DNA of 64,000 nt from Octopus sinensis (Eukaryota). The stretch covers positions 10,974,001-11,038,000 of the forward strand of contig NC_043006.1 of NCBI RefSeq assembly GCF_006345805.1. Reading direction: 5' to 3'. The notes below the pieces were generated by a model. That model did no database searches, was not told where the DNA came from, and worked only from the letters and a program-made list of their open reading frames with translations. The position numbers were made by a program, and so were the translations under genes. Positions 50,160-63,814 of this stretch are shown here, piece after piece; within the stretch, counting starts at the first letter, position 1; each line of letters starts with the position of its first letter.

Positions 50160-50570
50160 GATTCAAGGCCGGTAACTTTTAGAGAAAGGCTTTGTCAATT
50201 ACATTGACCTCAGTACTTGTTTGGTATTTTGTTGACCTCGAAAGGATGAAAGATTAAGCTGACCTCAGCAGTATTTCAACTCATTAATGGTTGCTTGATA
50301 TTTAGGCTCAAGTCTAACAATTTTGAGATGGGATTCAGTCAAGTACATCGACCCCAGTTTTTGACCAGCACTTTATTTTAATTCGAAAGAATTAAAGTCA
50401 AAGATTTTGGTGCGACTTACCACTAGAAATTCTGCTAAATATTTAATCCGATGCACAAACGATTCTGCCAGGTCGCTACCTTCATAAAATTAATAACCCT
50501 TTGTACAATAGGGACAAGGGCTGAGATTTTTGGGTAGGGTTCAGTTGATTAAATTAAACCCAGTACACAA
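50160..50570 (-). mobile_element. Old diverged tandem relatives of SINE family A
   Basis: Repeated degenerate GACCTCGAAAGGATGAAAG / ACATCGACCCCAGT and head AACGATTCTGCCAGGTCGC. Confidence 0.5.
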
Positions 50571-51103
50571 CACTTTCTAATGATCTCACTCTGAAATGTG
50601 TAACATAATGAAACAATGTTATGAAGATATGTAAATTTACGTATTGAAATATATATTAGAGAGTTAAATTAAAGGGAAATAACCTGAGCAAATAGCTGTG
50701 GATGTTAACCGTTTACCTTTTACATTTTATGTGTTCTCGCCTAAAAGCTGTGGTCATGCTGGGGCATAGACATTATTCTTTTTTCTTTTCTTGTTATCGG
50801 TAATGCGTATCGATAAAGTGAGAACAGATGAGATTTATACATAGGCAAAATGGAAAATGGATGGATAGATAGATAGATCGATAGATAGATAGATAGGAAA
50901 GGCTATAGGTATATCAATGGTTATGTAGAGATAGCGGTGGGGTACATTAATAGATATACAAATAGAGAGATAGGTAAACTATACAAAAGGATATATTTAA
51001 AAGTACAGTTTTGATTCCAAAAGATTTTTTTTTAAATTACGATCTTGTGTTTAATACATTGTGATAATGTTTTCAAACATTGGATCCCAAATAATAATTA
51101 ATA

Positions 51104-51400
51104 TGTTTGTTCCTTCTCGAGCCACGCCTGGCTCATAGGACCGGTTTCTCAGTTTCGTTGGAGTATAGGTTCCTCACCTGGACGGGAAGCCGGTCCGTCG
51201 CAGGTGAGCTACAAGATGCAGGAGGAAAGAGTGAGAGAAAGTTGTGGCGAAAGAGTCAGCAGAAGTTCGTCAATACGTTCTGCCGGAGCCGCGTGGAGTT
51301 TAGGTGTTTTCGCTCATAAACACACATATCGCCCGGTCTGAGATTCGAACCCGCGATACCTCGACCGCGAGTCCGTTGCTCTTGGCCATGTGCCTCTACA
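51104..51400 (-). mobile_element. SINE family B, tail T3
   Basis: B head and body, then tail ..CCGGTCCTATGAGCCAGGCGTGGCTCGAGAAGGAACAAACA. Confidence 0.8.
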
Positions 51401-51457
51401 ATAATAAATAATATAGTAAACGGTGATTTACTAAATTACTATATATTTTACTTTTTT

Positions 51458-51856
51458 TTTCTTTACTAACCACAAGGGACTAAACAAGGTCAGACAAAGG
51501 GATTAAGTCGATTACATCGACCCCAGTGCGAAACTGGTACTTTATTTATCGACCCCGAAAGGATGAAAGGCAAATTCGACCTTGGCGGAATTTGAACTCA
51601 GAACGTAACGGCAGACGAAATACCTATTTCTTTACTACCCACAAGGAGCTAAACATAGAGTGGACAAACAAGGACAGACAAACGGATTAAGTCGATTATA
51701 TCGACCCAAGTGCGTAACTGGTACTTAATTTATCGACCCCGAAAGGATGAAAGGCAAAGTCGACCTCGGCGGAATTTGAACCCAGAACGTAACGGCAGAC
51801 AAAATACGACTACACATTTCGCCCAGCGTGCTAACGTTTCTGCCAGCTCGCCGCCT
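51458..51856 (-). mobile_element. SINE family A, head + 2 units
   Basis: Family A sequence. Confidence 0.85.
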
Positions 51857-52399
51857 TAATTTACTAAATTACTATATATCTTACATTACATATTACAATT
51901 TTAAACTCTGGTACGATAAAATGTAATAAGGAATACGTTTTTCTCAGATGTCAGGTTGTATTCTCAGTCCTTAAATTATCTTAAAATATCTATTTCTACT
52001 GAACAAAGGTCACAAAATAGAACATGCAGTTAGAAGACAAATGAAGCCAATCTCCATTTTAATATATTTTTCTCTTCTCCATTTCTTGTTTCGATATATT
52101 ATAGTTTCTATTTTTAGATTCATAGAATAGTTTCTGTTTTTATTTTATTAGTAAACTTTTATTTTTAAATTTTCAAAATATATTTAGACATTTTTAAAGC
52201 GTGTTATTAACTTTGTACTATTTTAAGATGTTTTCGAGAATTCACTGAATAATATTATTCTTTTTTTTTTCTTTCATTTTATATTTTCGAAAAGGAATTT
52301 TTCTGAAAGACAGCTTAGTCTAAGATCAATCTGATATCTAGTTGACATACATACATACATACATACAGACAGATAGATAGATAGATGACAAACAGACAG

Positions 52400-52480
<81 letters not shown>

Positions 52481-52780
52481 GGGTTTCTTTATTAGCCACA
52501 CAGGACTGAACACAGAGGGGACAAAATACAATGTAGAGCTTTTCTTTTCGAGAATAGAAAAGAAATGGAGAAAAATAAAATTCCGATTAAATAGGATCGT
52601 GAGAAAGAAAAAGATCAAAAGGGATCGTGTATCACTGAAAAATTTTTTTGAAAGTGTAAAAAGCAAGATTAGGTTTATCTGTGGAAAGAATAGCCTACGG
52701 AAAAGACCTCAGCCAGGAAGGGAATAAACACATGAGAGCAAGGTGTTCTCTTTCTCTCTCTTTCTCTCTCTCTCTCTGTC

Positions 52781-52821
<41 letters not shown>

Positions 52822-53050
52822 CTGGACCATACTCAAAGGGGTTTCGTCATACGCACGTACCATCTTTGCGCTACATTCACCCACCTTTTATTGAAACTTT
52901 CACGAGACAAAACTTGCTTCTCTATTCTCACCTTCCTTTTCAAGTGGTACTTGAAAACGTTGATGAGCGATTGGCCTGAGAGGTAAGTGTTTGTCTCCAA
53001 ACCTATCGCTCGAGTCTACCACACACGTTCTTTCACCATTAGCCACAAAA
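52481..53050 (-). mobile_element. Tx1-type LINE, diverged subfamily, 3' fragment
   Basis: GTTTCTTTATTAGCCACACAGG end abutting (GATA)n; ORF2 C-terminal homology (CAAGTGGTACTTGAA..TTGATGAG..GATTG) to 42700-42830; (TC)n at 52745-52812. Confidence 0.8.
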
Positions 53051-53059
53051 AATAATCTC

Positions 53060-53498
53060 TAATTCGAGTCTACTCTAAGCTACTAAGAATGTGTGCGGCA
53101 ACTTGAAGATCCACCCACCACACACGATAGACTGGCGGTTGCACGGGCGCGAAAGCTACGTTGTTATCCTCATTCCGTAAACGATGGCTTTTAACAGGGG
53201 GAGAGCTGAACCATCCTGGGTTACAGAGGATTCGCAATCTAGACTAGGGTCTGAAAGTTTACCACGCCATAGAGGGTTACACCATGGTTCCTCTGCTTTG
53301 TGGCAGAAGTAGGAAGGAAGAGTGAGAGAAAGTCGTGGTGAAAGAGTACAGCGGGGTTCACCACCACCCTCGCCGGAGCCGCGTGGAGCTTAGGTGTTTT
53401 TGCTCAATAAACACTCACAATACCCGGTCTGAGAATCGAAACGCGTTCTTACGGCCGCGAGTCCACTGCCCTAACAACTGGGCCATTGCGTCTCCACT
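53060..53498 (-). mobile_element. SINE family B with a unique long tail T5
   Basis: B head and body to CTTTCTCTCACTCTTCC (~53315), followed by ~250 bp not seen in other copies; attachment of this tail is inferred. Confidence 0.6.
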
Positions 53499-53534
53499 CT
53501 GCTGTTGTTCTTGTTGCTTGCTTGTTTGTTTGTT

Positions 53535-53868
53535 TGTTGTGCGTTTCGGTTTTCGTGCCTAGTGGGAGAAGTCCGAAACGTGGACCTTTGCTATTCGTGA
53601 CCCGCAAAAGAGAAAGCAGGTCAATCCCCGACACCGAGAGCATCGACGGATGGATGAATGCACATCCAGGCTCAGCGGTTGCGTAGGAAGTCGGGGACAA
53701 GAAACAGGAAGAAAAAGTGGGAGAAAGTTGGGGCGAAAGAGTACAACAGGGGGTCTCCACCACCCCTGCCGGAGCCTCGTGGAACTTTTAGTTATTTTCG
53801 CTCAATAAACACACACAACGCCCGGTCTGGGAATCGAAACCGCGATCCTCCGACTGCGAGTCCGCTGT
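53535..53868 (-). mobile_element. SINE family B, tail T2
   Basis: Homologous to 10809-11140. Confidence 0.8.
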
Positions 53869-55162
53869 AGCTGCTGCTGTTTTAGTGGCATGTAGATGTG
53901 TATTTTCATGTTTATTATTGTAACTGCTAAATGTGATATTTTAATGTTTTTAACATTCTCATTCATGAGGTTTATTGTTTTAATTACTAATTCTTGCGGG
54001 AGCAATGGCCGACCAAAATCCTAACAGTAAATTACTTTCTTCCTTTAAGATTCTGGGTTGAAATCCCACTGGCCTCTACTTAGGCTTCTAACATGCTTTT
54101 ACCATTCTAAGTCCTGTGTCTATGTTAAACACTTCTTTTAGAATTGCAAAATGGATATGTTTTATTTCATCGCATCTTAAAACGATCTCACAGGTTTTAT
54201 ATTGAGCATCGCTTATGTATTTGTAAATTTTGTTTTGAATTCATTTTTCTTCTGTACTTAACATGCTTTTATTTTAATTAAGATATGCCTCGCAATGTTA
54301 TTCTTTAGATATATCCACTGAAGTTAATGCTGCTGCTGCTGTTGTTGTTGTTGTGTTGTAACTGTTGTTGTAGTTATTGTTTTTCGTTATCTCATCCATA
54401 ATCGAGCAGATCAATGATCAAAGATATTCCATCAACATTTCAAATATATTTCCCTCCTGGTATTGGTATTTACAAGGCTTTTATTTAAATCACTATATTG
54501 ATGGATATGTGTATCTTCGTCTCATTTTAAGCATGTCCGGTGAACTTAAATTTGCTGTAGTTGTTGTTTTAAGCTGTTGTACTTGTTTATTCCCAGATTA
54601 TCACTGGCCCAAAAGACCCATGTTCAGTTATATTCCAGCCTTGCCCATCACGTTAATTTCAGAGATATCTAAGTCAATATTATCCAATATTTCACTTCAT
54701 ACAAACTAGATATATAGTGAAATCTCGGACATCACGGCTATTTTTAGAAGACTACATGGCGTCTTCGTTGTAAGATCTAAAATGGCGGTTTGAGGGCATT
54801 TACCAAGGTTAGAGTTTTTTTACGACATATAATTGTTAGTTAGCCCTTGATCAAACTTTCGTCGAGAAAACCTCGGCTCGCTAGTATTCCAACCATGACC
54901 AACACATCTTTTCATGGGCACAATTCCCCAGGAACAACACTTCCCTATGTTTGTTTCATTCTATTTTAAAACGGTAGGATGTGATTAGGGGAGATTGTGT
55001 GCCATGTCTAGCAGTTCGAGCTGCTGTTCTGAGGATCCCTTTTTAGCTGGATATAACAAATTCTAGTAAGGATGGTTGTAATGCACTGTAGTATTGTTGT
55101 CATTTGTATCATATATATCATTCCTATGTATGTATATAATATATATATACGTATATATATAT

Positions 55163-55350
55163 ATTTCTTTATTGCCCACAAGGGGCTTAACATAGAGGGG
55201 ACAAACAAGAACAGAGAAAGGGATTAAGTCAATTACAGCGATCCCAGTGCGTAACTGGTACTTTATTTATCGACCCCGAAAGGATGAAAGGCAAAGTCGA
55301 CCTCAGCGGAATTTGAACTCGGAACGTAACGGCAGACGAAATACCGCTAA
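55163..55350 (-). mobile_element. SINE family A, 1 unit, partial head
   Basis: Family A sequence. Confidence 0.85.
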
Positions 55351-55651
55351 TCTGGTAATCTGAGTAAGAATTTTACTTTTACTATTTACTTCCGGGTTCA
55401 ATTCCACTGCCTGCTGTATGCGTGTTTTCTTGCGTACGCGCGTGTGTGTGTGTGTTTCTCTTCACGTATAAAACCGAGCATTGGAATACATAATTAGACG
55501 TTAAACAGTTTCTTATCCAGTCATCAATAATGATCGCGAAAATAACGACCTGAGCAAAATAAATACGGGATTCGATGAATTCTATATGATTGACTAAAAC
55601 TCTCGGGGGCTGTTGCACAAGATGGCCGAACTAGGACGATAGACACCATAA

Positions 55652-56043
55652 AGGCGGCCAGCTAGCAGAAACGTTAGCACGCCGGGCGAAATGCTTAGCG
55701 GCATTTCGTCTGTCGTTATGTTCTGAGTTCATATTCCGCCGAGTTCGACTTTGCCTTTCATCCTTTCGGAGTCGATAAATTAAGTACCAGTTACGCACTG
55801 GGGTCGATGTAATCGACTGAATCCGTTTGTCTGTGCTTGTTTGTCCCCTCTGTGTTTGGGCCCTTGTGGGTAGTAAAGAAATAGGTAGTTCGTCTGCCGC
55901 TACGTTCTGAGTTCAAATTCCGCCGAGGTCGACTTTGCCTTCCATCCTTTCGGGGTCGATAAATTAAGTACCAGTTATGCACTGGGGTCGATGTCCTAGT
56001 TTGTCCCCTCTATGTTTAGCCTCTTGTGGGCGATAAAGAAATA
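55652..56043 (+). mobile_element. SINE family A, head + 2 units (second internally deleted)
   Basis: Family A sequence. Confidence 0.85.
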
Positions 56044-57400
56044 AGAACGATAGTAACCATTAAACACACATAAACTGCTTGTATTTCTCCTTCTTCCTCT
56101 CTCTCTCTCTCCCTCCTTCTCTTTCTTGTCTTATGCCAGTTCAACAGGTATCGGCATCATAGACGTCCATCAAGAATCCAAAGATTCATAAATATGATGG
56201 GGAAATATAGAGTACTGGTTTCCCATTGCTCTGTGCCATTTTATTTAGTTTACTCCGCTTGTTTTTTTCACTCTCCAGCTTCTTCTTCTTCTTGTTATTG
56301 TTGTTATGTTTTAGCTCTTCCCTCTTCCATCTTCCGCTACATGCCCCTTTTTTTTTCTTCATCATGTTTCGCATCTTACTCCCACACTTTTCCCTCTTCT
56401 TTCTCCTCTTTTTCTCCCTCCTCATCTTCTTTTACTTTTTTTTTCATTTCCCGTCTTCCTCTCTGCCACCCCCACCCCAGCCCACCCCCATTACTCTTAC
56501 AAACAACACATCACGAAGACAACTAAAAACGACGGTTCCGCCATGTCCATTTTACACACCTGGAAGTTGATTTCACGTGTCAAATATCTCAAAACTAAAT
56601 CACTTTTTTTTCTTACAGATCCTTTCCAATCATGCACTATAACCAAAACTATTTTTTATTCTTCGAATCTTCCCTTTGCCTTATGTATCGCTTTGTTGTT
56701 GTTTTTCTTTCTTGCTGAAGTCACGCTAACTTCCATCATTATTCTAGTTTCCAATTACCATTTCGAAAATACACCATCATTCTAAATACTCGTGATTCGC
56801 TCACTGAATGAATTAGTCCTGAAATTAGATGAGATTAAACAACAAAATAATAATAATAATAATAATAATAATATAATAATAATAATAATAATAATATAAT
56901 AATAATAATGAGATAAACGTTGCTGCTAAAAGTAATAAAAATAAAACTTTTGGAAGCAAAATCATAAATAAGAGAATACATTTAAGACAAATGTAAAAAA
57001 AAAAATAATGAATGATGATAAAAAATTTTTAAAAATTTGTAATAGCAAAAAAATCTTTAATTATCACCCCACCCCCTCCCACATGGGCCTAATTATAATA
57101 GAACAACACATGATCAATTCGTAGATTGGTTCGTGTGCTTGTTGTTACTGTTGTTGTTGTTGTTGTTGCTGTTGTTGTGTACTCTATTTTCTCCATTCCA
57201 GAATCGGACACGCGCAAATAGCATGTGTATGTATGTATGTATGTATGTATGTATGTATGTATGTATGTATGTATGTATGTATGTATGTATAAATGTATGT
57301 ATGTATGTATGTATGTATGTATGTATGTATGTATGTATGTATGTATGTACTTTTGTACGTATGTAAGTTTGTATGTATGTATGTATATATGCATTAAGAT

Positions 57401-57537
<137 letters not shown>

Positions 57538-57550
57538 TAGACAGACAGAC

Positions 57551-57627
<77 letters not shown>

Positions 57628-57628
<1 letters not shown>

Positions 57629-57665
57629 GTTTCTTTATTAGCCACACAGGACTGAACACAGAGAA
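57628..57665 (-). mobile_element. Tx1-type LINE extreme 3' tip
   Basis: GTTTCTTTATTAGCCACACAGGACTGAACACAGAG directly after (GATA)n, as at 52481. Confidence 0.7.
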
Positions 57666-58165
57666 GAATAGAAATGAGAATTTGCATGCATACATGAGTG
57701 TGTGCATGTAAATGCGTGTCTGCTTGTACGCATGCGTGTATATTCTTTTCTGCTGGAGCCAGAACATGCTGTTGCTGCATTCTGTGTTTCAGAAAATATG
57801 TTGATGGATTGCTGGTTTCAATAACAAAAAATAAATAAACTGAGATGCCATGTACTTTTAAGCAATGAAAATACTACCTAATTGACTTCATGTACGGAAA
57901 TGTTTAGAAACGCAGTTTTGAAATATTATTATTGTATTATAAATAACATAAAACTAATATCAGATGAATTTATATATCGATATATTCTCAGTCGGTGAAG
58001 AACTAGCTCAATGTTAAGAGCGGCGGAAATGTTTTAAGACAACACACTGTCTCTCAACGTGCAGTGAGATTAGTGCAAAACGAATCGTAACCATGTATGT
58101 TAAGGTGCGAGCAAATCGACTTAGAAAGACAAACGACTACTATCATATGTTATCCCTTATTTGTC

Positions 58166-59124
58166 AATTGCCCACTAGGGGCTAAATATAGAGGCGACAA
58201 ACAAGGACAGACAAAAGGATTAAGTTGATTACATCGACCCCAGTGCGTAACTGGTACTTAATTTATCGACCCCGAAAGAATGAAAGGCAAAGTCGACCTC
58301 GGTGGAATTTGAACTCAGAACGTAACAGCAGACGAAATATCTATTTCTTTATTACCCACAAGGGGCTAAATATAGAGGCGACAAACAAGGACAGACATAG
58401 GTATTAAGTCGATTACATCAACCACAGTGCGTAACTGGTACTTATGTAATCGACCCCGAAATGATGAAAGGCAAAGTCGACCTCGGCGGAATTTGAACTC
58501 AGAACGTAACAACAGAAGAAATATCTATTTCTTTATTACCCACAAGGGGCTAAACATAGAAGGGACAAACAAGGACAGACATAGGTATTAAGTCGATTAT
58601 ATCGACCCCAGTGCGTAACTGGTACTTAATTTATCGGCCTCGAAAGAATGAAAGGCAAAGTCGACCTCGGCGGAATTTGAACTCAGAACGTAACAGCAGA
58701 CGAAATATCTATTTCTTTATTACCCACAAGGGGCTAAATATAGAGGCGACAAACAAGGACAGACATAGGTATTAAGTCGATTACATCAACCCCAGTGCGT
58801 AACTGGTACTTATGTAATCGACCCCGAAATGATGAAAGGCAAAGTCGACCTCGGCGGAATTTGAACTCAGAACGTAACAGCAGACGAAATATCTATTTCT
58901 TTATTACCCACAAGGGGCTAAACATAGAAGGGACAAACAAGGACAGACATAGGTATTAAGTCGATTATATCGACCCCAGTGCGTAACTGGTACTTAATTT
59001 ATCGACCCCGAAAGAATGAAAGGCAAAGTCGACCTCGGCGGAATTTGAACTCACAACGTAACGGCAGACGAAATACGGCTGCGCATTTCGCCCGGCGTGC
59101 TAACGATTCTGCCAGCTCGCCGCC
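58166..59124 (-). mobile_element. SINE family A, head + 5 units of ~183 bp
   Basis: Unit starts at ~58166, 58342, 58525, 58709, 58892. Confidence 0.9.
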
Positions 59125-59234
59125 TAATCATATGGTATGCCTTGTCAGTCTCTACAGAGAAACACTTGCGTTTAGCATTTAACAGAAAAATTTGCTCGGA
59201 TTTATACTAAACAATATAATTTACTTAAGGAAGT

Positions 59235-60048
59235 GAAGTCCTTTTTTCTTTTATTATTACTTTCAGTCATTGGATTGCGGCCATGCTGGGTCACCGCCTT
59301 CAAAGTTTCAGTCGAACACATCGAACCATGCCCTAATTTTGTCTGATACTTATTCCATCGATTTATTTCCCCGAGCGCTAGGTTGCGACGAAATAAACAA
59401 ACCACCACCAGTCGACATGTGGTCTAAAAACAAACGTCAAGACACAAACATACACACATACATATACACATCAACATATATACATATATATATCTTGGGC
59501 TTCCACACAGTTTATTTCTATCAAATTCACTTGGAAGATATTAGTTGGACCGGCTCTATCGTAGAAGAGACACTCGCCGAAAATATCGCTCAGGACCGAA
59601 CCCAAAACAACGTGGTTACGAAGCAAATTTCTCAACTTCCCTCTTTACTCTTTTACTTGTTTCAGTCATTTTACTGTGGCCATGCTGGAGCACCGCCTTT
59701 AGTCGAGCAAATCGACCCCAGGACTTATTCTTTGTAAGCCTAGTACTTATTCTATCGGGCTCTTTTTGCCGAACTGCTAAGTTACGGGGACGTAAACACA
59801 CCAGCATCGGTTGTCAAGCGATGATGAGGGGAAAAAACAGACACACAAACATACACACACAAATATATATATATATACATATATACGACGAGCTTCTTTC
59901 AGTTTCCGTCTACCAAATCCACTCACAAGGGTTTGGTCGGCCCGAGGCTATAGTAGAAGACACTTACCCAAGGTGCCATGCAGTGGGACTGAACCCGGAA
60001 CCTTGTAGTTCGTAAGCAAGCTACTTACCACACAGTCACTCCAACGCC
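59235..60048 (-). mobile_element. Two adjacent SINE family C copies (diverged 59235-59640; young 59641-60048)
   Basis: Family C tail and head seen twice. Confidence 0.8.
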
Positions 60049-60475
60049 TATTGACCTAATCAACATAAGAAAATTAAACATTCATTATATTTCAGTGTCT
60101 TGAACATATCTTTCTGTCTTCACTGCCGTCTTTGAGTAAAAAGTATTTTTGATAGTTATTAATCTAACATTGATACACAAACTGGAGTACTACTCGTGAT
60201 ATATTTTAAAATATATTTTGTAGTTTAATGGGAGAAAGAAGAGTAGCGCATAATAATTTTGCAGAGTCTCCGACTCTATGAAGGAGTTCATTTTGGAAGA
60301 ACCTATATCATATGGATTACCGTTGTGAGAAATAGTGTATCGATATATATTATCCTCTGTTAGCCTCATAAAATAGATATTGTGGTTAATAACAACAACA
60401 TAGGAGACTCAGCTGAAGATAATAGCAATGCCATCGGACGGCGATTCAAGTGCCGAACTCAAATATTAATAGCAT

Positions 60476-60972
60476 TCTTTATAAAAAAAAAGTGAAGTTG
60501 TATGTCTGTCTCCTATGATTTAGATTCCTAACTACTCCCACATTTTGCGGTGCAGTTTAACCAAAACCGGGTATCTTATAGTCGTGATTCATATCGAGCC
60601 CTTCTGGGTATTAGCGCGCGTCTACGATGAGTCTACGATTTAAAAAAAAATTACCATCAATTTCTTTCCATTTTAATGCATTTTTATCGCTATTATATAA
60701 GGGAAGTAACTCTCTAAAAATGTCTACGATGAGTCAACGATTTAAAAAAAAATTTACCATCATTTTTTTCCATTTTAATGCATTTTTATCGCTATATATA
60801 AGGGAAGTAACTCTCTAAAAATGTCTACGATGAGTCAACGATTTAAAAAAAAATTACCATCATTTTTTTCCATTTTAATGCATTTTTTCCTATTTTTTGG
60901 CTATAACTCTCTAAAAATGCTTATATAGTTATTTCCCTTACAAACCCGAGCAACGCCGGGCGATACTGCTAG
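60476..60972 (+). mobile_element. Non-autonomous Helitron-like element with three internal ~100 bp repeats
   Basis: 5' TC-TTTATAAAAAAAAAG; subterminal hairpin CCCG-AGCAACGC-CGGG 60945-60960; 3' CTAG at 60969-60972 followed by T; no TSD. Confidence 0.7.
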
Positions 60973-61114
60973 TTTCATATAAAGCTAAAATATTTGTTCA
61001 TCGTGTGGCTTGCGTACGTTAGCTGAACGAGAAACTGACCTCGTCTGCAAGTATCTGGGCATCACTTCCGACTAATTTGCCTTATATATGGCCATTTCTC
61101 CATATTCCTCCAGT

Positions 61115-61310
61115 CACATTACTTATTTAAGTCTTCTTTCTCCCTGTGTAGCATAAGCCATCCTTGACCTCTCCGCCGTCGCAGAATCTGTGCTATTTTT
61201 TCTACTTCTCTCCAGTTCGATCCCATCTTTTTCAGCTCTGCCTCAGTATCTCGCCTCCCCCAAGGAGGTCTTGCTTGTCCCAGATCATGCTGATTTTGAA
61301 TTTTCCTCGG
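61115..61310 (-). pseudogene. RTE-clade LINE 3' fragment
   Basis: Frameshifted RRDTEAELKR / GSNWREVEKIAQ / DGLCYTGRKKT*, resembling the RTE C-terminal WRR..EAE.K..G.NW.E.E..AQDR..WR....GLC motif; short TAAG-like tail. Confidence 0.65.
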
Positions 61311-61604
61311 TGCTTCTGTAACTTCGCTTTTTTTTTATCTAGGTATGGTTGTTGGCCCTACGCAAACTTATATGGGTTACTTCTGGCATGAGGTAGTCCA
61401 TATTAATATGGCCTCCATTCTTTGACCTATACATCATCAGAAATTCTCCTATGACCTAAAGTAGTAATCAAGTTTCTGTATCAATGTTAGATTAATAACT
61501 ATCAAAAATACTCTTTACTCAAAGACAGCAGTGAAGACATAGAACGAAACGTTCAAAACACGGAAATATAATGAATGTTTTAATTTTCTTATGTTGATTA
61601 TATA

Positions 61605-61980
61605 TGGAAGCACTCCGTCGGTTACGACTACGAGGGTTCCGGTTGATCCGAATCAACGGAGCAGCCTGCTCGTGAAATTAACGTGTAAGTGACTGAGCAC
61701 TCCACAGACACCTGTACCCTTAACGTAGTTCTCGGGGATATTCAGCGTGACACAGAGTGTGACAAGGCCAGCCCCTTGAAATACAGGTACAGCAGAAACA
61801 GGAAGTAAGAGTGAGAGAAAGTTGTGGTGAAAGAGTACAGCAGGGATCACCACCATCCCCTGCCGGAGCCTCGTGGAGCTTTAGGTGTTTTCGCTCAATA
61901 AACACTCACAACGCCCTGTCTGGGAATCGAAACCGCGATCCTATGACCGCGAGTCCGCTGCCCTAACCACTGGGCCATTG
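61605..61980 (-). mobile_element. SINE family B, tail T1
   Basis: Near-identical reverse complement of 63022-63405. Confidence 0.85.
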
Positions 61981-62002
61981 TACCTTATGTTGATTAGGTC
62001 AA

Positions 62003-62095
62003 TAGGCGTAGGAGTGACTGAGTGGTAAGTAGCTTGATTACGAACTATATGGTTTCGGGTTCAGTCCCACTGCGTGGCACCTTCGGCATAGCTTT
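62003..62095 (+). mobile_element. SINE family C head fragment
   Basis: GGCGTAGGAGTGACTGAGTGG..GGGTTCAGTCCCACTGCGTGGCACC. Confidence 0.75.
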
Positions 62096-63021
62096 CGGTG
62101 CCGTTAAGGTACACAATCCACAGCACCGCAACAAGAATTGCTTGCAGTGGACCCAAATTACTACCTTTTCCAAATCCAACACCAGTAACATTTCTGGCAT
62201 TGTATTCGCTTATATGAAGAAGAGAGAGAGAGTTAAATCGATATCCAAGTAATAGCATTCCTGAAAACAGGTTCTCCATTATCTATGCCATTTTATTGCT
62301 AGCTCGATGAGTATATACAAGTTTTAAGCATGCAAGCATACTTTGGTAGACTGGCTTTAATATATGTAATAAAAATGTCAACAGAAACTACTTCTTTCTA
62401 TCCAACAGCAATGATACCATATATTCACAGCTTTAAGCATACGTATATTGATCATGCATGTACAGCAACATAATTCCTTTTCTTTTTTTTAACATTTTTA
62501 ACTGATATCAACAGAAAATTTGCTTCGTCATGCATCCATCCATTATATAATTCCTCTTAAATATTCACTGTAACACAGCAATACGTAGGTTAGATACGCA
62601 TATCATAGAGACAGGCTGTTTATTTTCTTTGGAATAATTACAATAATAGAGTGTTACCCATCATATGAGGAGTAACTTCGGAAGTATGTTTTTGTCACCA
62701 TGGATAATATCATGAAATATGGAACACAATGATTATAGTTGGAGTTATAACAGATCTTTATGCGCTTCTAGAAAATGATGAATCGAATACTAATTTTCAA
62801 AATAAACATATTTTTTACTTTAAAACTTAATTAAATAAAATAATATTGAAGAATTAAAAGTAATAAAAACAAATTCATAAAATTTCCGTGTTGATTTTAT
62901 TTCATGAAATGTCACACACACATACAGTCACCTCTCTCTCTCTCTCCCTCTCTCTCTCTCTCTCCCTCTCTCTCTCTCCCTCTCTCTCTCTCTCTTTCTC
63001 TTTCTCTCTCTATCTATCTGT

Positions 63022-63405
63022 GGGAGGCGCAATGGCCCAGTGGTTAGGGCAGCGGACTCGCGGTCATAGGATCGCGGTTTCGATTCCCAGACCGGGCGTT
63101 GTGAGTGTTTATTGAGCGGAAACACCTAAAAGCTCCACGAGGCTCCGGCAGGGGATGGTGGTGATCCCTGCTGTACTCTTTCACCACAACTTTCTCTCAC
63201 TCTTACTTCCTGTTTCTGTTGTACCTGTGCTTCAAAGGGCCGGTCTTGTCACACTCTGTGTCACGCTGAATATCCCCGAGAACTGCGTTAAGGGTACACG
63301 TGTCTGTGGAGTGCTCAGCCACTTACACGTTAATTTCACGAGCAGGCTGCTCCGTTGATCGGATCAACCGGAACCCTCGTCGTCGTAACCGACGGAGTGC
63401 TTCCA
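63022..63405 (+). mobile_element. SINE family B, tail T1, full length
   Basis: tRNA-like head GGAGGCGCAATGGCCCAGTGGTTAGGGCAGCGGACTCGCGG..GGTTTCGATTCCC; tail ends CGTCGTCGTAACCGACGGAGTGCTTCCA. Confidence 0.85.
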
Positions 63406-63814
63406 CAGTTGGCTCACCAATTAATATTCTTGACACAAAGGTCGCAGTCTCCGCAGAAAGGCTGGGTACCGTACGAAACACAAATCTTCTTATTGGTTCC
63501 TTCTTTTATATCCTAAATGAGAAAGCAACTATAGTCTTTCTTTTTTTTTTACATCGATTGCTTTCACTTTTCTTCATGCACTCGCTGTTGTATTCTTTGT
63601 TATTGTTGTTGTTGTTTAACACCAGCTTCAATGTGATTAAGTAGACTTATATCCTACGGCTGTCGAACCGTTACGAACCTGTTATTTTATTTGCTTTTTC
63701 TTCAGACCATAGAATACAATATTCATGTCTTCTGGGACTCTATTTTTCAGGCAGTAACGTGTGAATGACAGTAGTTTGATTGTCATTTCTAACATGTGGA
63801 TGATTAATTAAAAA

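Noticed and set aside
58166-59124. CRISPR-like array or HHR retrozyme
   Set aside because: Units are ~183 bp homologous SINE bodies without unique spacers, the context is eukaryotic, and no CUGANGA/GAAA core was found on either strand.
62165-62260. Possible 96 nt phase 1-1 exon on the minus strand (GMLLLGYRF..GFGK); similar candidates at ~30990-31070 and ~28490-28542
   Set aside because: Acceptors are plausible but donors are weak, one candidate contains an AG microsatellite, and no protein family is recognisable. RNA-seq or tBLASTn is needed.
63022-63095. tRNA gene (also the heads at 10809, 15970, 22923, 33327)
   Set aside because: A/B boxes are present, but there is no complete cloverleaf or acceptor stem and each continues into a SINE body.
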